A model generated the notes under the pieces. The model saw only the letters and a list, made by a program, of their open reading frames with translations, was not told where the DNA came from and did not search any database. Positions 44,145-55,834 of a stretch of 64,000 nucleotides of DNA are shown here, one piece after another. A program made the position numbers and the translations under genes. The stretch lies in assembly GCA_013416795.1 (NCBI GenBank), contig RQSC01001079.1, positions 76,629 to 140,628 of the forward strand, given 5' to 3'. This DNA is from Prasinococcaceae sp. CCMP 1430. Taxonomy: Eukaryota; Plantae; Prasinodermophyta. Numbering within the stretch: the stretch's first letter is position 1; every line of letters begins with the position of its first letter.

Positions 44145-44302
44145 CGCCCCACGCTGGCGCCGACTGCATGCGCGCACGCCTCTCTTGTATACTACTGAAG
44201 TACTACACTACATGCGCAGCTTTCGTATTGCGCGTTCAGTTGTGATTTGTGGAGGTGCTGTGGTACCCTTACACAGCACAGCCTGCACGCGCGGGTATGC
44301 CG

Positions 44303-46773
44303 TCACGCGCTCGCGAACCTCGCGCTCGCGAACCTCGCGCTCGCGAACCTTTTCGAAGACGCGCTATCGCGCCTCTGCAAGCGCTTGCGTATGGCCTTGA
44401 CGGCCTGTGACCTCTCCCAGTTGAGCGTAAGCGAGATGATGCCTGTGCGTATGGTCTCGAGATGATACTGCTCGGTGAGGCGGCTGCGTTCGAGGTCATC
44501 GAAGGGCGCGATGGACACATTGGCCGTTGCGATCTTGCGGAACGCGCGGGCTCCAAGATGCATCTTGGAGCTCAAGTGCTTGTTCTTGAGCACGTCGATG
44601 CGAAGGGTGGGGCTGTCGTTGGGATCCACGCCAATGAAGTAGACCTCCTCTTCGATGTGGAAGGTCCCATCATCATTGGCCACAGGGACGCAGTTCTTGG
44701 TCGACCGAGACTTGCCGCCCAGTGTGAGCACTGCGTGCAACTTCTTGGTGCTTTTCACGGCATCCAGGTTGATGAGGCTATGCACCGTCACGGTGAGGAT
44801 GCCGCTCGGCGGCAGCGTCCAGTCGTCGGGGAGGTCCAGTCGAGGCTTGCGCGGCGCCGGCGACGCCACTAACTCTCCCCCATCGCCGGTGGCCTCCGCC
44901 GGCGCCGGCGCCGGCAACTCGGCACCGGTGACGGTCGCGACGGCGGCGACGACGGCAGCGGAGACGTCACCGCCGAGGCTAGAGTGCCGGCTCAGAGCGG
45001 TCTCCAATATCTTGGCTTCAGCGTTCATGTCAGCGGCGCGCGCGAGCTTCCCCGCCACTCCCGTGAGCCCATCCGACGCGAGCGCCAGCAACTGCACGCA
45101 CGCACGAGCACACGCGCGCACCGCCGTCGTGAGGGCACCTGGCCCTGGCGTCGGCGTTTCCGTATCGACGGTCTCCCCTTTCGCGGCCCCGGTGGTTCCT
45201 GCCACGGGTGGCTCCACTGCGGCTTCGGGCGCTGGCTCTTCGGCATCGTCGGCGGCGCTGAGCGGCACGTAGAGCGCCTCGATGACGAGCGTAGGGTCGA
45301 GGCCGGAGGGCCTCGCGGAGTTGTTCGTCGCCTTGCCACGGTTGAAGCGATCTGTCAACGAGAGCTTAATCTTGCGTTCAACGACCTCCATCGGGCCGAA
45401 TGTGTGCACCGGGACCTCGGCTTTGCCCACGAGGCGCGACGGCCCGATTTTCTCATCATCCCATAGCTCCAGGTTCAGCACGTCGGCCTCGGCATTAGTT
45501 ACCACCATCTGCAGCATCTCGTCCCACTCGGGCTCCAAATCATCGCTTTTGGCATCTGTGGAGATCTTGCGGCGCGCGCGCGTCCATGCCACCACGTACG
45601 GGTCGATCTTTTCGATGAACGAGAGTCGCGGCAGGTTGTACGCGCGCTTCACCTTGACGAACAGCATGCCATCGGTGTAGCCCGCGCGCAGCTTCGCGAG
45701 GTCTATGTCGCTCACCATGGGACACTGCATCACATTCGGCCAGATCATCCAGTCCTCCAGCATGGACTTCACCATGCCGCGCACGGAGCTGGTGACGCCA
45801 GGGATTGCCATCACGTCGCCGCCAGCTACGCGCAGCGCGAAGTCGATGGTGGGGGGGCCGACCAGAGACACGCCAACGCAGCCCACCAGCGGAGCGGTGG
45901 GCATCATGGGCTTCAGCACGAAGCGCACCTTGCAAAACACCTGCAGGTCGGCGACCGCGATAGTCAGATTGCCGATGGGTGGCGGCAGCTTGATCACCAG
46001 CTTAATGTTGGGATCGCCCGCCCACTTCAGATCGGTGAGCAGCAGCGCCTCGTCCTGGCTGGGAGTGCTCTCCACCTTGACGCCCGCGAGCACGGGTGGC
46101 ACCGTACCCAGGTCGGCTACACTGAGCTTCATGGTCTTGATGGACGGTGGGCGGTAATACTCGATCATCGGGTTGACTGACTCGAGAATCATGTCACCGA
46201 CATAGGCGGCTAAAGGAAGTGCGAGCGCGTACGCGGGGGGAAGAGAGGGGGGAAGGGGGGGATGGGAGCGTCAGAAGGGGCTCGTGCGCACATCGCGCGC
46301 GTGTCTAGGGGGGGGGGGGGGGGGGGCGGGGGGACGTCAACTCAAGAGCGAAGGCAGCATCCGCCCAGCACGCGCACCCTCCCGCCATGCGCCCGCAAGC
46401 AAGCCCGCGTGCACCCGCGCGCGCGCGCGCGCGTGCGCGCGTGCGCGCGCACACCTATGAAGGGCCACATCTTCTTGAGCAGTTGGTTGATCCAGTTGGT
46501 CCTCTCGAAATCAGGGTACGACACCCACGAGGGCACGTCGCCGAGTGAAGCGCTGAGCTTCAGCTGCTTGAGCGTGGGAGGCGTGCACTCGGCGAGGACA
46601 GGCACAGCCGCCGAACGCGCAGCCCGCGTGCGCGCGCGCGCCTCGGCGGCGCGCACAAGTAGAACAGCCGCGGCAACTCCCAGCCAGAAGTGCGGCGTGA
46701 GCAGCGTCACGAATGCGCACCACGCCGGCCACAGCGGCGAGAGCGTCAACGCGAGCACGGACGGCAGCGCCAT
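44303..46773 (-). CDS. Synaptotagmin-like protein (TM-SMP-C2-C2); first intron 46454-46210
   Basis: VPSWVSYPDFERTNWINQLLKKMWPF; LKWAGDPNI; C2 domain IDPYV...PEWDE...LELWDDE; a second degenerate C2. Confidence 0.9.
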
Positions 46774-47385
46774 CGCGGCGCGCGCGCGCGCGCGACGGCC
46801 GGCGCGTCAGGTGTGGCGCTTGCGCGCGCATGCGAGGGCGGCTCCAACCGCAGCGCGCGCCTCTGCCGATCCCGCGGCGACCTTCGACCCGCGACGGCCT
46901 CCCTGCTCCTCCCCCCCCCCCCGACACACACACACGACGCACACACCTGCTCCCGCCCCGCAGCGCGCGCGCTGCGCGCGTTCGGGGGAACGCCTCGCGC
47001 CGAAATCGCGCCAAACGGCGACGGATCCGCCGCGCGACGCAGCCAACAAAACGAGAGCGATTTCGCCGGCGTCGCGAAACGGCGGCGATTCCGAGTCGTA
47101 ACCGCTCGACGAGGCGCGGTGCGGTTGGCCTGGGCGAGCGGGCGTGGGTCGGTGACCACGCTGGCACTGGGAATCTACTGAACAGTGTACAGTATGTGCA
47201 GTAGTACTACTGTACCATCATCAGTCAGAGATTACTACAGTAGTGGACAGCTACATGAAGAGATTGCTGTAGAGCAAGAGCAGCCATGCGTGTCTTTGTG
47301 TCGAGCGTCAAGTCTCCAGCGACCGCGACGAGCTCCCTCGGCTAGCTCTTCCGTGTGGTGTTTTGCCGCGTTCGGAAAAGAATCG

Positions 47386-48333
47386 TTACTCGTCGCCGCG
47401 CACGCCCCTGGCCAGGGCGAGCAGCCCCGAGGTGTAGACGCCGTGGCTCTTGCCCATGGTGCGCCCGAGGTAGAACCGCTTGAAGAAGCCCGCGTCCGTC
47501 GCGGCCGGCCCCTTGAGACCGGCGGGCTTGGCGTCGAGCAGCGCGGCCGCGAGCGCCGCGAGGTTGGCCTCCAGCACCTCGACGGGCATGCTGACCTTGC
47601 CCAGCGGCGCGTGGATGATGGCGCCCTTGTCCATCCTGAACTTCACCTGACCCTTGAGCATGGCCGCCACCGCAGGCACGACATCCGACACGACGGTGCC
47701 GTCCTTGGCGTTCGGCATGAGGCCCTTGGGACCGAGCAAGCGCCCGATCGCCCGCGCGTGCAGGAGACCGCCGGCCGTCGCGAGCACCCGGGTGAAGGGA
47801 ATGGCGCTGCCCGACTCCTTGACAAGCTCCACCAGGCTCTCAGCGCCCGCATACGCCGCACCCGCATCGAGCGCGGCCTTGATGTCCGCTTCGTCGTCAG
47901 CAAACACCGCCAGCGTCTCCTTCCGGCCCACCGAATGCGGCAGGAACGCCGTGCCGCGTACGATCTGGTCCGAGCGCTTGGGATCGACTGCCAGGTGGAT
48001 GGCGCACTCCACGGTCTCGTTGAAGCGCGCGCGGCGCCCGCCCGTGCCGTCCTCGTCGCTGTCATCTCGACCCGTCAGCCGCAGCAGCGCGGTGCGCACG
48101 TCGAGCACCGGCCGGCCGGCAGCGCGCCCCGTCGCGCGCGCGGCGAACGACGGCGTGCGCAGACGGATCTCCTCTTCGACGAGCCTCTTGAGCGCGTCCT
48201 CATCGTCGGCGGCGCCCGCGCCCGCTGCCGCGGGCTCCTGCGTCGCCGCTTCGGCGCCGCCCCCAGCGAAGCCACGCGCAGCGCAAGCGACGGCCGTGCG
48301 CGCCGCGGTGAGGATCGCCGGCGAGCTGACCGA
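47386..48333 (-). CDS. rplA: Bacterial-type ribosomal protein uL1, probably mitochondrial; start codon not present in the assembly
   Basis: RFNETVECAIHLAVDPKRSDQIVRG...LPH, LGPKGLMPNAKDGTV, FRMDKGAIIHAPLGK and TMGKS. The upstream in-frame AARGFAGGG resembles a presequence. Confidence 0.9.
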   Translation of the reverse strand, partial: SVSSPAILTAARTAVACAARGFAGGGAEAATQEPAAAGAGAADDEDALKRLVEEEIRLRTPSFAARATGRAAGRPVLDVRTALLRLTGRDDSDEDGTGGRRARFNETVECAIHLAVDPKRSDQIVRGTAFLPHSVGRKETLAVFADDEADIKAALDAGAAYAGAESLVELVKESGSAIPFTRVLATAGGLLHARAIGRLLGPKGLMPNAKDGTVVSDVVPAVAAMLKGQVKFRMDKGAIIHAPLGKVSMPVEVLEANLAALAAALLDAKPAGLKGPAATDAGFFKRFYLGRTMGKSHGVYTSGLLALARGVRGDE

Positions 48334-48916
48334 CTACCAGCCGCCGCTGCCCGGCCGCGCCCCAGGCGAGGAGGGGGCGCGGCCCGCGCCCGAGGGCGCC
48401 AAGCCGACGCTCTCCGCGCAGCTGGCCGAAGCGCGCGCCGAGATCGAGGCGCAGAGACGCCGCGCGGACGACCTGCAGGAGGAGCTCGACCGCGCCGCGC
48501 ACGTCGCCGAGGCTCGCGGCGAAGAAGAAGCCGAGGGCGGCGGGGGAGCGCACGACGCGGACCCCCCGGCGAGCACCGCCGAGGCCGCCGTGCAGACGGA
48601 GTCAGCCGACGGCGCCGCCGACGCCAAGGATGAGGCCGAGGCCGAGGCCGCCGCGGCTGCCGCCGAGGCCACTGCCGAGGCCGTCGCCGCCGCCGAGGAC
48701 GCGCGGCGGTCGGAGCTCGACGCCGCGCGCGCCGACGCGGCCGACCAGCGAGCGCGGTGCGAAGAAGCGCGAGAGGCGACCGCGCGTGCCGACGACAGGG
48801 CGCGCGAGGCCGCGCGACAGCTGGAGGCGTCGGCGGCGCACCTGGAGGCGGTGCGGTCCGAGCTGGGCGAGGAGGCGGAGCGGTGCCGGGAGAAGGTCAG
48901 GGCGGCGCAAGCGGAG
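48300..48916 (+). CDS. Internal exon of an Ala/Glu-rich coiled-coil protein; 5' end missing, 3' exons unresolved
   Basis: LSAQLAEARAEIEAQRRRADDLQEELDRA...ERCREKVRAAQAE followed by a GTCGGG donor. Confidence 0.55.
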
Positions 48917-49921
48917 GTCGGGGCGGCTGTGTGCGTGCGTGCGCGCGCGTGTGCACACGCGTCGCCCTTGCAGGCGCTCGCAAGGGGGAGCGGTGGGCAG
49001 GGGCTGCGCGCGCCCAGTGGCACCACACCGCGCCGCACGCGTGCTGTGCAATCCTGCACCGCGCACCCCTGCTGCGAATCCCGCCTCACACACCCCTATC
49101 AAGACCCAGCCATCGGAGCCACTCCGCCCCCGCCTCCCAACGCATCCATCGGGACAATTCCGGATGAAATTCGGGGCGAGCAGCGCTCTCGCTCGCACGC
49201 GCTCGGCCCGGCGCTTTTGAACGTGTGGGTTCCACATTGCAATGAGGAATCCAAAATGAAATGAATGTGTAATGTATTTTGATATGATGGATTCGTTTAT
49301 GGAATCCGTAGTATTGGGCGCGGGCGCGCGCGCGCGCGCGCGCGGGCGGCCACAGCAGTGCGCACGTGCGGCCTTTTGCAGCCCGCTCACCCACACTCCC
49401 CTCTTCTTAGGGCGGGGCGGGCGGGCGCCGCGGGCGCTGTGGCCCCGGTGGCGGGGGTGGTGTGGCGAGGTGGCGCGCTGCGGCATCCCCGTTGCCACGG
49501 GGGCGATCGGGCAAGTGACGCGCGCTGTGCACAGGCCGGTGCTTCGCACGAGGCGCGAGGCATGCAGCGCGGCGTCCTGCGCACCGGGCGCGTGCGACCA
49601 CGCGAGGATCTGTTTTCGCGCGCGCGCGCGCGCACGCGGGCCCGTCCCGGTGCGGACGTGCGCGCTGCGCTCGCTGGAGGCCGGGCGGTGCGCGGCGCCT
49701 CGCGGCCTGCGCGAGCCCGCTTCTCAGGCATGCCGTGCGCACTCGCGCAGGGGCGCATCCGGGCCGGCGCCTCCCACCAGGGGCGCCTGCGCTTGCCTGT
49801 GCGCGCGGGCGCGCCGGCAGGAGTCCTGGGCAGGTCGCAGCTGCTGACGCCGCGCCTTGCCCTCTGCGCCCCCCGCCGCCTCACCCATCCCCTCCCCCGC
49901 GCACGGACGCGCATCGCCCAG

Positions 49922-51050
49922 GATCTTGCAGAAGAAGAAGATGGACAACCTGCAGCGCCTTGAGGCGCAGCGCAACGAGTTGAACACCAAGGTGCGCATG
50001 CTCCGCGAGGAGGTCGGGCTGCTGCAGGAGCCCGGCTCGTACGTGGGCGAGGTGGTCAAGCTCATGGGCAAGAAGAAGGTGCTAGTGAAGGTGCACCCCG
50101 AGGGCAAATACGTGGTCGACTTGGACAAGGACATCGACCCGGCGAAGGTGACGCCGACCACGCGCGTGGCGCTGCGCAACGACTCATACGCGCTGCACCT
50201 GCTGCTGCCGTCCAAGGTCGACCCGCTGGTGAGCCTGATGAAGGTCGAGAAGGTGCCCGACTCGACGTACGACATGATCGGCGGCCTGGATCGGCAGGTC
50301 AAGGAAATCAAGGAGGTGATCGAGCTACCCATCAAGCACCCGGAGCTCTTCGAGAGCCTCGGCATCGCGCAGCCGAAGGGCGTGCTGCTGTACGGGCCGC
50401 CGGGCACGGGAAAGACGCTGCTGGCGCGCGCGGTCGCGCACCACACCGACTGCACATTCATCCGCGTGTCGGGCTCGGAGCTCGTGCAAAAGTACATCGG
50501 CGAGGGCTCGCGCATGGTGCGCGAGCTGTTCGTGATGGCGCGCGAGCACCAGCCGTCGATCATCTTCATGGACGAGATCGACTCGATCGGCAGCGCGCGC
50601 ATGGACGGCGGCAGCGGCAACGGGGACAGCGAGGTGCAGCGAACAATGCTGGAGCTTCTGAACCAGCTGGACGGGTTCGAGGCCACCAACAAGATCAAGG
50701 TCCTCATGGCGACCAACCGCATGGACATCCTCGACCCGGCTCTCCTGCGCCCTGGCCGGATCGACCGCAAGATCGAATTCCCCAACCCGGGCGAGGAGGC
50801 GCGCGTCGATATCCTCAAGATTCACAGCCGCAAGATGAACCTCATGCGCGGCATCGACATGAAGAAGATCGCGGACAAGATGACGGGCGCGAGCGGCGCG
50901 GAGACCAAGGCTGTGTGCACGGAGGCCGGCATGTTCGCCCTGCGCGAGCGGCGCGTTCACGTCACGCAGGAGGACTTCGAGATGGCCGTCGCGAAGGTGC
51001 TGGCCAAGGACGCGACGGCCAACATGTCCCTCAAGAAGCTGTGGAAGTAG
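49922..51050 (+). CDS. RPT6: 26S proteasome AAA-ATPase subunit RPT6/PSMC5; N-terminal exon not located
   Basis: [22 protein letters not shown]...[39 protein letters not shown] and C-terminal SLKKLWK. Confidence 0.98.
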
Positions 51051-51166
51051 GCCGGCCGCTCTCCCGCGCACTTTGTAACATGATTCACCACCCCACACCA
51101 ACCTTCCCGCGCGTCGCGTGTGCGAAGAATGGTACACTAAATTACATGAGCGCCGGCGCCGCGCTG

Positions 51167-52137
51167 TCACCGCCCCTCCAGCAGCAAGCACGCCGCGGCG
51201 ACGACGACCGCGAAGTTGGCGAGCTCGCGCGCGCTGCCGCGGTGGAGTAGGTTCATTGCAAGTGAAAGCGGCACCAGCGGAAGACAAACGTGCGTGAGCA
51301 CCACCACGCCCGCTGCGTAGGTGGACATCAGCATGAGCCATTGGTTGAACAGCAGCATGCCACGCTGTGAGAGGTGCTCCCTCTTGACGAGGGTCTGGAG
51401 GAAAAACTCGAACACGTACGAGGCGTTCAGACACAGCCAGTACGCCCGAAAGCGCACGCCGTCCCCCAGGTCGGCGCCCGTCGCGGCGAGCGTGGCGTTG
51501 AGGCCGTGCAGCAGCGCGTGCTTGTATAGGAGGCTGTTCCAGCTCGCGCAGACATGGGCGGCGCGACCGGTCGTGTCAGCGCTGCGCATGCACTTGCGTG
51601 TGCGAGGTCGCTGGGGGTGCCGGCACTCACTATTGGTACTTCTTGGCACGGTACAGCATGTTCTCGACTCGCCAGGGGTTGAACGCCTTCTCGCTTCGCC
51701 GGCGCGCGTCGTAGTTGGCGCTGAACGAGTTCACGGGGAAGCGGGCACGCAGCAGCCAGGGCGCCGTCGCGGTGGCCGCGATCGCGACGCGCGTGCGTAG
51801 ACCGGCCGAAGGGTGGCCACACGCGTGGATGAGCAGTACCTGGACGAGGTTGAGCCCCTGATAGAATGCGTGCTCGACGATCTCCCCGTCTGTCACGGTG
51901 GACTCCTTGTCAAGCGCGCCGCTCGCGGTCGCGTTTCGCACGCGCGCGTGTCCAAACGCGCGCGCCGATAGCGTGAGCGCCACCCCGATCGCGCCAAGTA
52001 CGACGTCATACGCTGCTCGCCGCACGCGCCCCACCGGCGCGGAGGCTGTCACGCAACCGAGAGCAAGCCACGCGGCGTACGCAGCGCCGGCGGCGCGGTG
52101 TGCGCGGCCGCGCCGTCCGAGCGCGAGCCGCGCCGCA
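51167..52137 (-). CDS. Multi-pass membrane protein of unknown function (exons >52137-51631 and 51533-51167)
   Basis: VEHAFYQGLNLVQVL, RFPVNSFSANY, RAKKYQY|LLYKHALLHGLN and YWLCLNASYVFEFFLQTLVK. A GTGAGT...AACAG intron splits a Tyr codon. Confidence 0.75.
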
Positions 52138-52496
52138 NTCGATGAGGAGCTCGCACCATCTTCTGCGAGCGGCAGGTCCTCGCCGCTGCGGCTCGCGTGC
52201 GAGCCCGTCGCCGAGCGGCGGTGCGCGCCGGCGGGATCGGTCGGCGACGGCGGTGCGCGCGGGCTTCGCCTCGGAGACGCCCGATGCCTCAGCGTCCCTG
52301 ACGGGCTGCGAGGAGGGCCGCGACGCGTGGCATGCCGCGGGGGGCTGGATTCGACTCGACTCCAGAGGTCGTCGCGGAGCGACCGCGTGGCGGCCGCGCC
52401 CGCGCGATGCGACGCGTCGTCGTGCGTGGCGCTCGTGATCACGGGCGGGCGTGGGGTGTGGGGCGGAGGGAGGCGACGGGGGGCGCCGCGGGCGCG

Positions 52497-53900
52497 ATGG
52501 CGGCCGCGGGCTCGCCCGAGCCAATCTACGACAGGGCCACGCGCTGGCGCGACGAGGTCGACGACCGCCTCGAGTGGCAGCGTGCGCTGGCGACCGAGGC
52601 CACGTTCGCCGAGTGCACCTTTCAGCCCAATGCACATGTGCACGCCGCCGGCGGGGCTCTCTCGCGCGCCCCAGAGGACCCTGCGGCGGCCGGGGAGCGC
52701 CTGCACGCCGCGGCGCGCGCAAGCGCAGCTGCGCGGGCCGCCGAGCGTGAGCACGCCGCCGCGGAGCGGCTACGCGTCGAGCGTGCCTCGTGCACATTTT
52801 CGCCGGACTTGGGCTGCAGCGCCGCCACCTACCGCACCGTACATAGCCGCTCCACCCCGCGCAGGCGCCCTGTGCACGCGCCCGCGGGTGTCTCGCGTGC
52901 AACCTTAGAGGCGTTCGAGGACGCCATCTTCGCCGAGTTCGGCGAGTGCACCTTCAAGCCCACGCTCGTGGCCAAGAGAATACCCAGGCGGCGCTCGCGC
53001 AGCACCGATGCTGGCGAGCAGACGCGCACGAGCGGTGGACCCGGCGGCGCAGCCGATGCCACTCACGAGCCGTCGCGGCGGCCGCCGGCGCAGCCAGCTG
53101 CGGGTGCGTCCGTGCGTCGCCGCACCAGAGAGGAGGGCGACGGGGCAAACGAGCGAAACGATCGCAGCCTTGCGTTCTTGCAGCGACAGGAGAAGCTGCT
53201 GCAGCGTCGGCGAGAGGGGGTCGAACGCCGCCGAAGGGAGGAGGACAACCGCCGCGAGGCGTGCTCGGCACGAATGAATGGCACCTCGCGGCGCATTCTG
53301 AGCGCCAGCGGCTCGCCCGCAGGATTCTTTGAGAGGCTGGCCGCAGAGGATAGGCGCCGTGCGCGCTCTGCCGCACGGCACAAGGCACGAGAGGCAGAGG
53401 AAATGACCTTCGCTCCAGCCATCAATGCAGTGTCGAAGCGCCTGCCGCGCCGCACCGCCGACGACATGGCAACCGCTGAGGCCACGCGGCGTCGGCAGCG
53501 CCTTGAGCGCATGCGCAAGGACGCGAGGGCAGACGAGCGGCGTCGTGCGCCCTTCAAGCCTTCGCTCGTTGCGAAAGGCGGCACCAGCTCGAGATCGGAC
53601 GAGCCACGGCTACTCAAGAGGATGCCACAAAGGCCCGCGAGCGCTCCCGCTTCACGTGCAGTGCCGACGGACGCGAGCACTGCGCTGCCAAGCGCGGTAG
53701 CTGCTTCGGGCACCGACGCTGCCGCGCCGCCAGAGCTGCTGCGAGCGGCCACAGAGGACGCAGCGGCGGCGGAGGCACCTCCTGCCCCTTCCGCGTCCCG
53801 TTCGACCGCTGCCAAGCCGCCGGCCGAGGCGCGGTGGTGGGAGACGACGTCGGAGAGCGACTCTGCGGGCGCGAGCAGCGGCAGCGACAGCGAGTGGTAG
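52497..53900 (+). CDS. Hypothetical charged protein with repeated (C/M)TFxP motifs
   Basis: ECTFQPN, SCTFSPD, ECTFKPT, EMTFAPA and APFKPS, interspersed with R/E-rich helices. Confidence 0.7.
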   Translation: MAAAGSPEPIYDRATRWRDEVDDRLEWQRALATEATFAECTFQPNAHVHAAGGALSRAPEDPAAAGERLHAAARASAAARAAEREHAAAERLRVERASCTFSPDLGCSAATYRTVHSRSTPRRRPVHAPAGVSRATLEAFEDAIFAEFGECTFKPTLVAKRIPRRRSRSTDAGEQTRTSGGPGGAADATHEPSRRPPAQPAAGASVRRRTREEGDGANERNDRSLAFLQRQEKLLQRRREGVERRRREEDNRREACSARMNGTSRRILSASGSPAGFFERLAAEDRRRARSAARHKAREAEEMTFAPAINAVSKRLPRRTADDMATAEATRRRQRLERMRKDARADERRRAPFKPSLVAKGGTSSRSDEPRLLKRMPQRPASAPASRAVPTDASTALPSAVAASGTDAAAPPELLRAATEDAAAAEAPPAPSASRSTAAKPPAEARWWETTSESDSAGASSGSDSEW

Positions 53901-53944
53901 CTCGCGTGCGCACCGACGGCCCCCTTGATTCATGGCAGGAATTT

Positions 53945-53975
53945 AAACCCTAAACACCATACCCATACCCTAAAA
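53945..53975 (+). promoter_or_regulatory. Telo-box-like elements upstream of PUS10
   Basis: AAACCCTAAA at 53945-53954 and ACCCTAAAA at 53967-53975, in an AT-rich island. Confidence 0.45.
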
Positions 53976-54084
53976 CCTCGCTGCAACCCCTAACATGCGG
54001 CGACGTCCGCCAGCGGCGCTCGCGCCACAGCGCGCGCGTGCGTGCGCGTGCCCCCTCCACGCCGCTGGGGCGCGCGAGGGGAGA

Positions 54085-55834
54085 ATGGCGGCTGAGGGCG
54101 GGGCGGCAGCGGCGCTGGCGCGCGCCGCGCTCGGATGCGGCGAGGCGGGCGAGCACCGGCGGCGGCGCGGCGGCTATCGCGGCCGAGTTGGCCCGCTCGA
54201 TGCGAGGGGCCGAGGGGGGTGGCGCCCTCGACGGGCCTGCGCCGGCAGTCACCCGCGCGGACTTCATCCGGGTGCTCGGCGGCGAGGACGCAGCCGCTAT
54301 CGGTGCGGAGGCGTCCGCGAGCGCTGGCGCCGGCACCGGCGCCGGTGGCGGCGGCTGCGTTGGCTGCCTGGGCGTGCTCGAGGGTCTTGCCTCGGGCAGC
54401 GGCGGCGGTGCTCGCAGCATCGGCGCCATCGTCGCTGCCGCGCGCGCGAAGGGCCACGACTTTGCGGTCGACGGCTTCGGGCTGGAGGTAGCACTCCCTG
54501 CGAGCGTGCTCGTGCGCTCCGCTGCGCTACGTGCGGCCGCGTGCGCAGCGGTGGCGGACTCGCCGCAGCGGCTGCCGACTGCTCCCGGAGTGAAGGAGCT
54601 GATCAAGCGCGCGCTCACGCCAGCGCTGGAGGCGCGCCTGGGGGCGAGGCAAGCGTCCGAGTCGGGATTACGACTGAAGGTAGAGTACACGCACGCGGGC
54701 GCGGCACGAGAGTGCGAGGCGGTCGCCCGGCGTGGAGGCGCACAGCCACCGCGCCGCGGCCGCAAGCGGCCTTGGCAGCGGCGCAAGTGGGAGAAGGAGG
54801 CCGGCGAGGCCGACGACAGCGACGCGTGGATGGTCAATGCGGCAGCTGTCACACGCGCGCTCGCACTGATGGGTGACGACGAGCTGGAGCGCACCGTAGG
54901 TAGCTGCCCGATGCCCGCCCCGGATGCGCCAGCAGTGGCCGAGGTGAGCGTGCATCGCGAGGGGATCTTCGTGGGCGGGCGCTACCTCAAGCTCTGCCGC
55001 GGCATTCCGCAGTCGCCGTGGCTCATGTCTCCCGTGTGGGAAGCAGCCGTGGCGGCAGGCGAGGCGCCCGCCCACACCGCGTGCCCGCCGGGCGACGAGA
55101 GCCACTGCGGGCCCGACGAGGACTTGGGCGAGGTGCCCAGCCTCGCCGATAGGCTGGGCGCGGCGCTCGCCCCGGTCTTCGGCGCGAGCTCGTGGCGTTT
55201 CCAGGCTGCGGGGCGCGAGGATGCGGACGTGCGCATGCTTGGATGCGGGCGCCCTTTCATTCTGGAGCTGATGGATGCCAAGACCACCTCTGCGAGCCCG
55301 CACGAGCTTGCGGCGGCTGCGTCGGCCGCGGGCGTGGGGGCGGATCGCACAGGTGTGGTGGCGGGGATCAATCTGCGCGTGGTGGGAGCGGACGCACTCA
55401 AGCAGCTGCGCGAGGGTGAGACGGACAAACGCAAGTGCTATACGGCAGTGGTATGGATGAGCGAGCCCATGGATGCCGAGAGGGCCGCCGCGCTCGCTGC
55501 AAAGCGCGACATTACGGTGCACCAGGCGACGCCCGTCAGGGTGCTTCACCGGCGCTCCCCGATGGTGCGCCCGAAGCTCGTCCACTCGATGCGCGCCCGG
55601 CCACCGGCCGGGGCCGAATGGCGACCGGGCGAGCGTCACCACTACGCTGTGCTCGATGTGGAGGCGCAGGCGGGCACGTACATCAAAGAAGTGGTGCACT
55701 CCGACCACGGCCGCACCGTGCCTAGCCTGGGGGACCTCCTTGGTTGCGAAGCGGACATCATGCAGCTCGACGTGAGCGAGGTCGTGCTCGACCTCTTCAG
55801 CGACAACCCACTCGAGGAGGCCAAAGCTCCGTGA
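54085..55834 (+). CDS. PUS10: tRNA pseudouridine synthase Pus10; start uncertain (ATG 54085 is out of frame, ATG 54200 is in frame)
   Basis: IFVGGRYLKLCRGIPQSPW, FQAAGREDADVRMLGCGRPFILEL, QATPVRVLHRRS and AQAGTYIKEVVHSDHGRT.PSL. Confidence 0.93.
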
